From contig CM035350.1 of the NCBI GenBank assembly GCA_020137815.1, positions 4,960,001 to 5,024,000 of the forward strand: DNA of 64,000 bases, written 5' to 3'. How positions within the stretch are numbered: position 1 is the stretch's first letter; each line of letters opens with the position of its first letter. The position numbers and the translations under genes were made by a program. This DNA comes from Hormiphora californensis (Eukaryota > Animalia > Ctenophora). Below the pieces are notes generated by a model. That model was not told the origin of the DNA and did not search any database. It saw only the letters and a program-made list of their open reading frames with translations. Below, one piece after another: positions 13,501 to 23,992 of the stretch.

Positions 13501-16500
13501 ATTTGATGTAAGCGGTCTTTCCCTTACCGGGATGGGGGGTTGCGCTACTGTTCAGAGCATATTTCTTGGTCTTGCTGGTGTAAGTAACTCCCTTGCAGCC
13601 ACTGAGAGCGGCACAGGCCTTCAAAGCCTTGTCACGGCTCTTGTATGTGGTCTTGCTAGCAGATCCGGAGAGAGTGAAGGGGTTCTTGTACTTCCAGACG
13701 TATCCCTTGCTGGTGATAGACATAGAAGTGAAAGAGATGACATCTCCGGTCTTGAGGTAGGTAGTCCTGTTCTCATTAGCGACCAGTTTCACGTCCTTGT
13801 ACAGGTAGTACTTCTTGCTTCCCTCCTTGACAACTCCCTCACAAGTAGCGGCAGCAGCACATGCAACCTTGGCAGAGGAAAGATCGGTATACTTGGTGCT
13901 CTTCAGACGAGTATTCAGGCTGTAGCCAGACTTCTTGATCCAGTAGTACTTGGAAGAGGAAGCAACCTCATCTCCCTTAATGTAAGCAACCTGGCCCTTG
14001 GCCTTGGTCTTGCTGGTGGTAGATCCGAGAGTGTACTTCTTAGCAGCGGTCTTTGTGATACCCTTACAGGAAGTGGAAGAGGCACAAGCCTTCATGGCAG
14101 CGCTGTCAGAGGTATAAGTGGTAGTTCCGTACTGGGTAGACAGTTTGTATCCAGAGAACTTGGGCCAGACTCGGTTGTTGTAGATGACATAAGCGCCACG
14201 CCTGATAAAAGCGATGTTGTTGGTCTTGGCGGTAAGGGTAGTCTTGGTGTTGAGAGAGAACTTGTTAGCAGCGGTCCTGGTGAAACCCTTACATTTCTTG
14301 TTCTTGACACAAGCATCAGCGGCCTTCTGAAGACTGGTATATGTCTTCTTGTCAGCTGCTCCGGAGAGGGCATAAGGAGAGTGAATACTCCATGCCTTTC
14401 CGGCGAAGATCATGTAAGAGGTGACCTTGACACGGTCTCCAATGACCCAGGAAGTACTCTTGGAGTCAGCAGTGATGTCACTGCCCTTCATGGCGTAGTA
14501 CTTTCCACTGGTCTTGGTAACACCAGTACAGCTGGTAGATTTGGCAGCACAGGCAGCCAGAGCCTTACTCTTGGAAGTGTAGGCAGTCTTTGCCAGTTTG
14601 TTACGAACTTGTAGCCAGACTTCTCAGTCCAGTAGAAATCGTTAGAAGTAGTGACTGAAGATCCCTGAACGTATGTCTTCTTTCCCTTAGAGGTGGTAGT
14701 GGCCTTGGAAGATTTCAGCTTGTACTTTCCTGAGGCAATTTTACTGACGGCCTTGCAACCGCTGGCAGCGGCACAAGCCTTGAGGGCGGCAGAAAGGCTA
14801 GTGTAGACCTTAGAACTGTAGTCCTTGGTGACAACAGCGTTGCTCTTGACAGTCCAGACGGTGCTGGATGCAGTGTAGCTCTTTCCCTGCTTGACGTATG
14901 AGATGACTCCGTTTCCGGGTCTGGGGGTAGATCCGGAGTAAAGAGCGTATGTCTTCGTCTTTTTGGTCTTGGTGACTCCGTTACACTTGGAGTTCTTAGC
15001 GCAAGCCTTGAGGGCCTTGTTCCTGGTCTTGTAGGTGGTCTTTCCGATTTTGCCTCCGAGGTACTTGGGCTTGTACATCTTCCAGGTGTAGTTGTTGTAG
15101 GTAATGGTGACGGTGGTGTATTTGACTTCCTTGCCTCCGATGAGGTAGATAGTGTAGTCGCTGTTGGGATGAATAGTTCCGGAGGTACCGAGATAGTAAG
15201 ATTGCTTCCGTGCTTGCTACACCCAGTACACTTGGCGGGTCCAGCCTTGGCACAAGCGGTTTGGCATTGGAGAGTGTGGTGTACTCTTAGATCCGATGTA
15301 TCGAACTCGTAAGAGCTCATCTCAGACCAGTAGTAGCCGTTTGAGGTGGTGAATCCACTGCCCTTGATAGGCTTCCATTCCCTTCTTGGTACTAGGGGTA
15401 GAGCAGTGTTCAGCTTGTAGTTGCTGGTTCCTCCTTGGTAACTCCCTTACATTGGAGTTGCTAGCGCAAGCAGTGAAAGCCTTGCTATCGCTGGTGTATT
15501 TCGTCTTACTGGCGTATCCAGTCAGCTTCTGTCCCTCGTAGAGACCCCACAGACGTCCTCCGTTAGGAATGGCGGTTCCCTTCTTGATGTAGGCGACACT
15601 GCCGACCTTCTGGGTCTTGGTGGTCTTTTTGTTGAGCTTGTAGTTTCCAGACCGTATCTGGTGAAACCCTTACAGGCCTTGGCCTTCTCACAGGCAGCGA
15701 AGGCTTGGCTCGGGTGGTGAGCTTGCTTCCGTAGGGTGAGGCCAAGGAAATGGGGTGGACGAGGTACATGTGAGCGTGAGACCTGGTGGCGTTTTGCTGG
15801 TGTAGGCAGATCCCTTGACGTAGGCAGTCTTTCCAGAGGCAGAGGAAGGAGTGTATCCAGTGTTGGTCTTGTGCACTTTGGTACTCTGAAAAAGAGAGAG
15901 AGATGTTAAAAAGTTGACTTGAAACACACAAAAAGAAGTCAGTTAAAGGTTAGTCGTCAGTCTCTTACATGAGTAGTGACACCCATACACTTGGCGTTAG
16001 AGGTACAGGCAGTCATGGCAAGAGCCAGAGTTTTGTAAGACTTGATGTCTCCACTAAGTTTATAGTCACTGTATTTGGTCCAGTAGTAATCCTTCTTGGT
16101 GAACCACCTCACCTGGGTATAGTCGGTCAGTCATTCTTGCATAAATTACTGTCATATATCAGTAATTGTTGTTAAATTTCGTTAGTTTCAATTACTGTCA
16201 GTCAATTTGATTTCTATGTGAATTGTTTGTTAACTTACTTGTCTTCTTGTAGACCTTGAGTCCAGTTGATTTCTTGAAGCTACTTCCCTTTCCAAGGTAG
16301 TACTTCTTTTTCTTGTACACGACACCGGTACACTTGCTGTTAGCCTTACAGGCAGCCAGGGCCTTGGCCTTGGTGGTGTAGGCAGTTGAAGAGAGCAGAC
16401 CGCCAGACATGGTGTAGTCGCTCTTGGCGGTCCAGGTGTAGCCTCCATAGGTGGATACTGATCCATACTTGATGAAGATGGCCATGTTTTGCGGGTTTGT

Positions 16501-19500
16501 AGGCTGTACCAGATCCAAGATAGTAGGTCTTGGCTTCTCCTTGGTGACACCCTTACATTTGGAGTTCTTGGCACAAGCCTTGAGAGCGGCAGTGAGAGAG
16601 GTGTACTTGGTCTTTCCAAGCTTGGTTTTGTACTGCCAGGGGGTCTTCATCTTCCAGGTGTAGCCGCTGTTGGTCATGGTGACAGTGACCTGCTTGATCT
16701 GCTCGCCGCCCTTAGCGTACACGGTGGTGCCAGTGCTCGAGGAGAGGGAGTGGTACTTGTTCAGGTAGTACTTGCTGCCACTCTTGGTGACTCCACCACA
16801 CTTGCTGTTCGCCAGACACTTCTGCTTGGCAGTGGCCAGGGTGCTGTAGCTGGTGGTAGAGATGTAGTTCTCTCTCCTTGAATCCAGTGTTCTCAGTCCA
16901 GTAGTAGCTCTTGTAGGCGGTGGTCTTGCCTCGCTTGATCCATGCGATCTTGCCGGTAGACTTCTTGGCGGTCTTGCTGCTGTTCAACTTGAACTTCTTA
17001 GCGCCCTCATATGTGATACCCTTGCAAGCGGTGCTTGTGGAGCATGCCTTGGCGGCAGTATCGAAGGTTTTGTAGGTGGTGGAAGAAGCACTGCCAGAAA
17101 GAGCGTATCCACTCTTTTCCTGCCACATGTAACTGTTGGAGAACTTGCCCTTTCCAAGTTTGACATGGGCGATCTTGCCAGCAGTCTTGGTCTTGGTGGT
17201 TTTGCTGTTCAGGTAGTAGTTGGTGTTGGAGTTTTGGGTGAAACCGACACACTTCTTGTTCTGCATACACGCATCAAGGGCAGCAGATCGGGTCTTGTAG
17301 GTCTTTCCGTCGACCTTGCCAGACATCTTGTAGGGAGAGTAAGCTCCCCATACGAAGTCTGAAATAGAAATATGGGTCAGCAAAACATCGAAAACATGCA
17401 TAGCTAACTCTTTCACTACAGAACAAAAAGATGATGCAACATCTTGGGGGGATGGGTGCAGGATAAATGGTTCGGACATATAATATGCCTAAACCATCCC
17501 CTCCGCTTCACCCTGCAGTTATACTTACTGGCAAAGGAGTAGTAGTAGGTAGAGGAGGCGAGGCCACCTCGAGGATAGAGGGTGTACTTGCTGTTAGTCT
17601 GTACGGTAGATCCACTGTTCAGTTTGTACTTCTTGCTTCCGGTCTTGGTGACACCCTGCATTGATATATGAACCAATCAAATAAGTAAATCACCAGATGG
17701 GGTAAGGACAATGTTTATTTACAACTGCATCAACCTGTCAGGCCAAAGCTCTGACCACGGTTCTCGCGCTTGAAAGAAATGAGAGTAGGGTCAGGCAAAC
17801 ATCAGTGAACTTACGGTACACTTGGAGTTGGCGGAACAGGCGGTGAGGGCAGCACTGTAGGTGGTGTAAACCTTGCTGGATAGCCACCCACCGTAGTAGA
17901 CACCGGAGAGAGTAGTGTAAGAGTAACCACCATATGTAGCAACCTTATCTCCCTGGATGTAACAGCTTCGTCCCTTCTTGGTCTTGACTGTGGTCCCCTT
18001 CATCAGGTAGTACGCAGAGCTGGAAACCTTGTTCACACCATTACAGGCGGAAGCAGAGGCACAAGCGTAGAGAGCGCTGTACAGACTGTAATTGAAAATA
18101 TTGTTAGTAATCTATAGCTGTTCTAAATGCAATATACCAGATTCGTGTTTTTTAGAGCGAACTTACCCGGTGTATTTCTTGGTAGAAGACTTGGCTCCAG
18201 TGATATAGTATCCAGAGTAGACGGTCCAAACACGACCACCGTAGGTCTTGCTCGATCCCTTCTTCTTCCAGTATTTTCCACCCGACAGAGTCTTCTCTTT
18301 GGTGCCAGTGACACACCTAAACTTCTTGGTAGAAGGTAGGTAAATGACACCCTTACACTTGGAGGCCTTGCCACACGCAGTCAGAGCCTTGGCTTTGGTA
18401 GCGTAGTTGGTCTTGTCCAGGTATCCCCCGGACAGGATGATGTTGGTTTTGTAGGCCCAGGTGTACCCTCCGTAGACGGTGGTGTAGGAAACAGACGCTG
18501 CAAGGAGGAGAACATTCGATAAAACAGGTGTGCTAATCCATCACTCTGATAGCAGCTATGAAAAATCGTAAAGTCTTACCCTGCTTGACGGTTTTCTTAG
18601 TGGTGGTCTTCTTGGACTTGGAAGTGGTCTTCTTGGACTTTCCACCGCTGGATTTTCCACCGCTGGACTTTCCACCGCTGCCTCCGGAACCTCCCTTGCC
18701 TCCGGAACCTCCCTTGCCTCCGCCTCCTCCAACATTCTTGAAGTTTCCACGTCCAATGAACACCCAGGTGTGATGGTGAGGGTTCCTCTGTTTCCTCAGA
18801 GAGCCACCCTTACCCATACGCCAGTGCTTACCATGCTGAGACACTCCCCAACAACTGCACAGGAGCAGCAGGTTAGTAACGAGAATTCGGTTTCCTAGCG
18901 ACAAGAATTCGGTTTCCTAGCAACAAGAATTCGGTTTCCTAGCAACAAGAACTAGGTTTGTAACTAAAGTTCCGAAATGATGAAGTGTAAATGTACTATA
19001 CTTACTGAGGATCCTTGATACAGGCGTGCATGGCCTTGTGGTGATCAGGGTGAGGGGGTCCATACATGCCGGCAAAATGGAAACCCTTGATGAGACCCCA
19101 GCGGTGTCCATGGAAAGGCCGCACCTCGGAGATCCTGATCTGGACCTGACGGTGTTGCCTCCTTCCAGTCTTGATAAAGAGCCGGGTAGGGGGAGGGGCA
19201 CCCATAAGAGCAATCCCCTTCACCATCTGGAAGTTGGGTCCTGCAAGGTGTGTGATACCCCTACAGTGGGGTGTCTTGTTACATTCCGCGAACTTAGCGG
19301 GCAGAGGTCCGGGTTTTCCAAATCGGGCTGGTGGTGCGACACGGACACCACGGAACTCGCTGTATCGGATATCTGAGGAGGAGGAGGGGGATCATTGTAA
19401 GTCAATTGAGCAACAAACTGTGAAGATAAACTTTAATGCAACCTCTAGATTTTACTTACCGCCGTGCCAATGGTGTTTAACAGGTTTAAGCTGTCTGGCA

Positions 19501-19550
19501 TCAGCAACCGCCGAAAGGGCGGCTACCAAGCCAATAAGATATAAAAACAT
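4551..19550 (-). CDS. Gene A: giant secreted Lys/Thr/Tyr-rich repeat protein (~4,400 aa): signal peptide, 2 His-rich modules, G/S/K linker, 53 PAN/apple-like modules, C-terminal F-type-lectin-like domain
   Basis: Hand-assembled exons (minus strand): 19460-19550, 19006-19372, 18580-18854, 18167-18497, 17815-18085, 17529-17655, 16239-17358, 15969-16112, 11626-15885, 10151-11533, 5899-10052, 5536-5742, 5220-5444, 4917-5077, 4551-4727, all with GT..AG boundaries. Starts MFLYLIGLVAALSAVADA (signal-peptide-like) and ends ...NIGDINIDEAKLVVSGSDTC*. The long minus-strand ORFs (5958-9398, 10002-10850, 12020-13006, 13250-14491 and others) are frameshifted pieces of it. Colinear with gene B from exon 4 onward. 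Confidence 0.88.
18881..18951. repeat. 22-bp tandem repeat x3 in intron 2 of gene A
   Basis: aagaattcggtttcctagcaac repeated three times. Confidence 0.9.
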
Positions 19551-21742
19551 TTAGTTCCCTGTCCCCTTCCTGTTAAATAACTATCATGAATTGAAGTTAA
19601 AAATAATAAATAATAATACTAATTATTTATTATTATTAAATAACTGTCTTGAATTGAAGTTAAACAAAAAACAAATGCTAATAATAAGTGCATGATTTCA
19701 AAAACAAAAGCAAAAAGGGTTTTTAACGTGGGTACTAAGGCCAGAACAAGTGCACACAGACAAAGAAAAAGGTGCTCGCTTGCAAAATGTGCTTGCAGTC
19801 TGTTACAAGCCGGACAGTCTCCACCTCCAGATACTACATGGGACACGTCATCAATATATATCAAGTTTATATTATTATCAACCCGTACCCTGTCAATGTA
19901 CACCTGATATAGCTGTCACTAGAATCCGCTGGTAGAAAGATGACTAGTGAGGTTCCGGTTCTATTATTTAGAGATCAATTTGAATACAAGCAGGTATGCT
20001 AACATGGTTGCAAGAGTGTATCACGTGACTGCACTACAAACTGTGCAGTGCAGTCACGTGCACAGTCTTCACAAAGCCTTAAACATCAACTATACCTACT
20101 GTGAGTGCTACGCTTTATGGGCGTATTTCAAAGTGAATCTAAATTGGATTATGGGTACAGCCCCGATCCACTCCTGTGGGTTTCTCAGACCATGGACTAC
20201 TAAGGGGTACATGATACTCAAATACAGCCCCCTCATTTGTGTGACTCTAGCCAGTGAAATCACCTTGGACAGACCAAATAAAACACTCCTTAGTAAACGT
20301 GTGTAGTCTGTTAGATCCAATTATGATCGATTAGGGGACTTTCTTCAGCTCTAATCGCTTGCTAAAGCTGCACATAGTCAGGGCATATGATGACAAAATG
20401 AGGGCATAATTGTTATCAAGCTGATTCCACTTCTAGTAGGCTCTAATAATAACAGGTGATTCAGCGTATCAAAATTAGTCGGGTACAGTGGTTTTCGCTT
20501 ATAATATAAACTAGTTGCCTAACATTTTCAGATTTTAATATCCCAGTTTGATCAAATGACCAAACCTGATCAGTCTGTGCAATTGGTGACGCAGCCACCC
20601 CTACACTAGCAGCGTGGCTAAACGAAGCCAATCTGTGCAACTTGATCCAGATCTTGACCAAGTTTGATTATGATCAAGTTTAATCAGTCTGTGCACGTCC
20701 CAAGTGGTTAGGTATTCACTATTCAAGGTATTGTGCTATAAATCAGCGTTAATTGGCTGGGACCTGTTGATTATATGATTAATTAGACTTTCCTAATTCC
20801 ACTAGGACTTCCATAATGCTTCACTCTTTGCTTTATTTATCCACTCTATGCCTTTTATCTGTGTGACCTCAATATTCCTCATCCCTCTATCTGCTTGCAC
20901 AGCTAGCCCCCTCTAAGGTGCACTATAAAGTTGCCTCAAGATACCAAACCGCTAGCTCTGCTTGCTACACAAGCTCTGGGAAAATATTAACCAAGACATT
21001 AGACAATACATTCCTACTAGTAGTGCACCCAAAGGGTTCGCCTTAAGCAAGAGGTGAGCCGGCCATAAGTTACCGGAACCCTGTTTTACCGGGCGGATTA
21101 AGTCCAATCATGCAATCTCTATCAATTCGTGAATCGATCCGTGTCGGCTAAGGGGTGAGGAATCACATCATAACTATTAATAATGACAGCATGATCGAAT
21201 ACAACATCTACTATTAACATCGAGCAATCGGGCAATATTTTGTCCTACTTGGTGACGGTCACATCAAGTAATTCTGTTGATGGTTTTGTAATTTGTACGT
21301 ATGTGACGTGGGACTGCCCATGATCATATCACATACCGGTGGCCTTATCCTCGCGTATACATTTCCCGATGTTGTTTCGAGGATGGTGACTGAGCCCTAC
21401 GCAACGGATGGGTAGATTTGTGCGGACAGGAAGATGAGAAGAGAGCTCTTCCGTGAGCTGGTGCAGATACTGCGAACGCATACATGACTAACTGCACCAA
21501 AGCAGTAAAATTGGTAGGTGACGAGATGTTTTGGGTGCAGTTCTTGGTAATGCAGTTTCACAGAATCAAGGATGTGCGCTTCAATGAACCACCGCTACAT
21601 CCTTATCCGGCAATCCACCTACCTCTACAACTTTGCTTGCAACAGTTATAGTAACCAGAGACCAGTCACTCGGACAGGTAAATTCCTCCACTGCCGATAA
21701 TGACAGTCGTCAACCTCTATTGCGTATGCAATATCCTCTCTT

Positions 21743-21917
21743 TAGTAGGAGCGCTTAGAGCATGCACGTGCAAAAGTCGTGCGCCACACGAAATTTAGGC
21801 TACTGTCACTCCTTTGCTTTGCAACGAATCAAAAAATGGCCCTCAAGTTTTTTGTAGATCTCGACAAGAGGGGTGGTGCACGACTTTTGGCAGGAACTGA
21901 TCTAAGCGCTCCCACTA
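21743..21917. mobile_element. MITE (~175 bp) with ~45-bp imperfect terminal inverted repeats
   Basis: Left end tagtaggagcgcttagagcatgcacgtgcaaaagtcgtgcgccac; reverse complement of right end tagtgggagcgcttagatcagttcctgccaaaagtcgtgcaccac. TA at both ends. Confidence 0.8.
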
Positions 21918-22479
21918 CTTGTGGTGCCTAAAAGAGTCAAAGGGGACTGAGCGGGCGGCGTTGGTGGTGGAGTTAAAACCCCCTATCCCCCTGCACGGCA
22001 TGTGAGGTGAACCTGGGCTCGACCTGGAGAACACCAACACAAGTCCTTTGTGTGGGGACACGTGGCGAGGGGCGAGTTCCTAATAAGGGTTGGCTGTCGG
22101 CCATTATATGGCAGCTAAGTTGGTTGGAATGACGGGAGGTACTAAACACGTGCACACAAACTGGCTTCCCTGCCACCTGGTGGTGGTACTTTCCCCCCAG
22201 TTCATCACACATCGTATTTCTCTCTGTATTTCTCTCTGTTTTTCTCTCTCAAGTTTTCTCTCTGTTTCTCTCATGTGTTCCCTCTTTTCATAAATTCGAC
22301 GTTCGATATAATATGGTTAAGCTCATTTCATCGAATACATTCGTCACTTTCTACTATTCTATTTATTTTCTTGGCCATCATTTTAATGTTTTATCGATTT
22401 TTGTGATTCAAAATTGTATGCCTTTTTCACGGAAACATAACACCTCCAAGTAGCAACCTCTCCTCTAGTCTACACCACC

Positions 22480-23094
22480 ATGGAACTGGGATACTGGGCA
22501 CAACGAGGACTAGGTGAACCCAGCAGGATGTTGCTCCGATACAAGGGAGTCGAATGGAAGAATACTGCAATTCCCATGAGTAATGCTACAAAGTCGATTA
22601 GCGACCCCAACCTTCCCTACCTACTTGATGGAGATGTAAAGCTGACTGAGTCCATTGCCATTATGAGGTACCTGGGCCGCAAGTTTGATATGATGCCGGA
22701 TGACCCCGCCAAGGGCGACATGGTGGAAATGGCGATACATAGTCAGAGGTTAGAGCTCACCAAGATATCCTACAGTCCTGATTTTGAAAACCTCAAAGAG
22801 CGTTTCATCACCAAGTTGAAAGTATTTCTGGAGAAGTTTGGGGCATTCGTTGCAAAGCCTTTCATCTTCGGAAGCAAGGTCACCTATATTGATATCTTGG
22901 CGTACGAGTATCTGGACCAAATCCGGGCCCTGACTCCGGAAAGTTTCACTGGTGAGGTGAGTGAGTACATGCAGCGGATTGCAGATCTGCCCAACATCGC
23001 TGAATGGTTGAAGAGTGACGAGTGTACCAACAAAACCTACACCATCAACGCTCCCTTCGCTGCAGGCTGGCCTGGCTTCCCTAACAAGACTTAG
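22480..23094 (+). CDS. GST: Cytosolic glutathione S-transferase, mu-class-like, intronless, 204 aa
   Basis: N-terminal LGYW-x-x-RGL-x-EP-x-R-x-LL-x-Y with the catalytic Tyr, then PNLPYLLDGDVKLTES-x-AI-x-RYLGRK. C-terminal G-x-K-V-T-Y-x-D-x-L-x-Y-E-x-L-D and RI-x-x-LPNI motifs. Good initiation context (ccaccATGG). Confidence 0.93.
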   Translation: MELGYWAQRGLGEPSRMLLRYKGVEWKNTAIPMSNATKSISDPNLPYLLDGDVKLTESIAIMRYLGRKFDMMPDDPAKGDMVEMAIHSQRLELTKISYSPDFENLKERFITKLKVFLEKFGAFVAKPFIFGSKVTYIDILAYEYLDQIRALTPESFTGEVSEYMQRIADLPNIAEWLKSDECTNKTYTINAPFAAGWPGFPNKT

Positions 23095-23296
23095 AAGAGA
23101 TGTAGGATACTCTTATACTAGCTCCTGGTCAAGCTTGGAGAGAGAAAACCACCCACCGATTATTTAGTAGATCGTGAATCTGTCTACCTCTGATATTTAG
23201 GAGGTTTTAGTATTTTAATGTTTATCGCTATTTTCAGCCGATTTGAATTCTGTATGCATTATATTCATATATTTCAAGTTGCTGTATTAGTTGAAA

Positions 23297-23320
23297 GAGA
23301 GAGAGAGAGTGAAGAAACAG

Positions 23321-23394
<74 letters not shown>

Positions 23395-23410
23395 GGATAG
23401 AGAGAGAGAG
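23297..23410. repeat. (AG)n microsatellite
   Basis: Directly visible. Confidence 0.95.
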
Positions 23411-23657
23411 GGGGCGGATAATGTAGATTTGCCTAGATTTAGGATTTTAAGATAAGTAAAATCGGCCCAGTTTGCTTTGACATGTTCCTTGTCTGTCAGC
23501 TCTCACACCGTGCCGAACAGACAGACTGCGTAGCAATGCAAAGTTTGCTATAGTAGAGTTTGCTCACTTTTAGTTGACTGTAAACTAAAGCTATCCCACT
23601 ATGCCACGTTGCAAAGACATTATGTCGCAGCAAAGCAGATGCTACGCAAGTAGTAGC

Positions 23658-23659
<2 letters not shown>

Positions 23660-23751
<92 letters not shown>

Positions 23752-23790
23752 CTCTCTTTCTCTCTCTTTCTCTCTCCCTTCTCTCTTTTC
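23660..23790. repeat. (CT)n microsatellite upstream of gene B
   Basis: Directly visible. Confidence 0.95.
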
Positions 23791-23992
23791 CCTCTGCATC
23801 TTCCCCTCTATTCAATAGAGACTTTTCTTTTGCATAAAAGCTTAGCTTTGTATTCCCCTTGGTGCTTTATCGATTAAATCGGTTGGGACATATATATTTT
23901 ATGTATGCAAAAACTTTGTATTACTTTATGTTGTTTCAGTTCACAACTTAATTAAACCATCCTATATCTAGTGAAGGAGCAAGCAAGCATTT

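Noticed and set aside
6090-14614. Long plus-strand Leu/Val/Gly-rich ORFs (6090-7391, 13310-14614 and others), and the equivalent minus-strand ORFs within gene B
   Set aside because: Antisense shadows caused by the strong codon bias (AAG, ACC, TAC, GCC) of the real genes.
5958-17479. Reading the separate K/T/Y-rich ORFs as a cluster of many small genes, or as programmed frameshifting
   Set aside because: They are colinear with the mostly continuous exons of paralog B, there is one signal peptide and one terminal exon, and the breaks are scattered small indels without slippery-site motifs.
19619-22293. Short ORFs in the spacer between gene A and the GST
   Set aside because: No recognisable motifs, codon bias or consistent exon chain.
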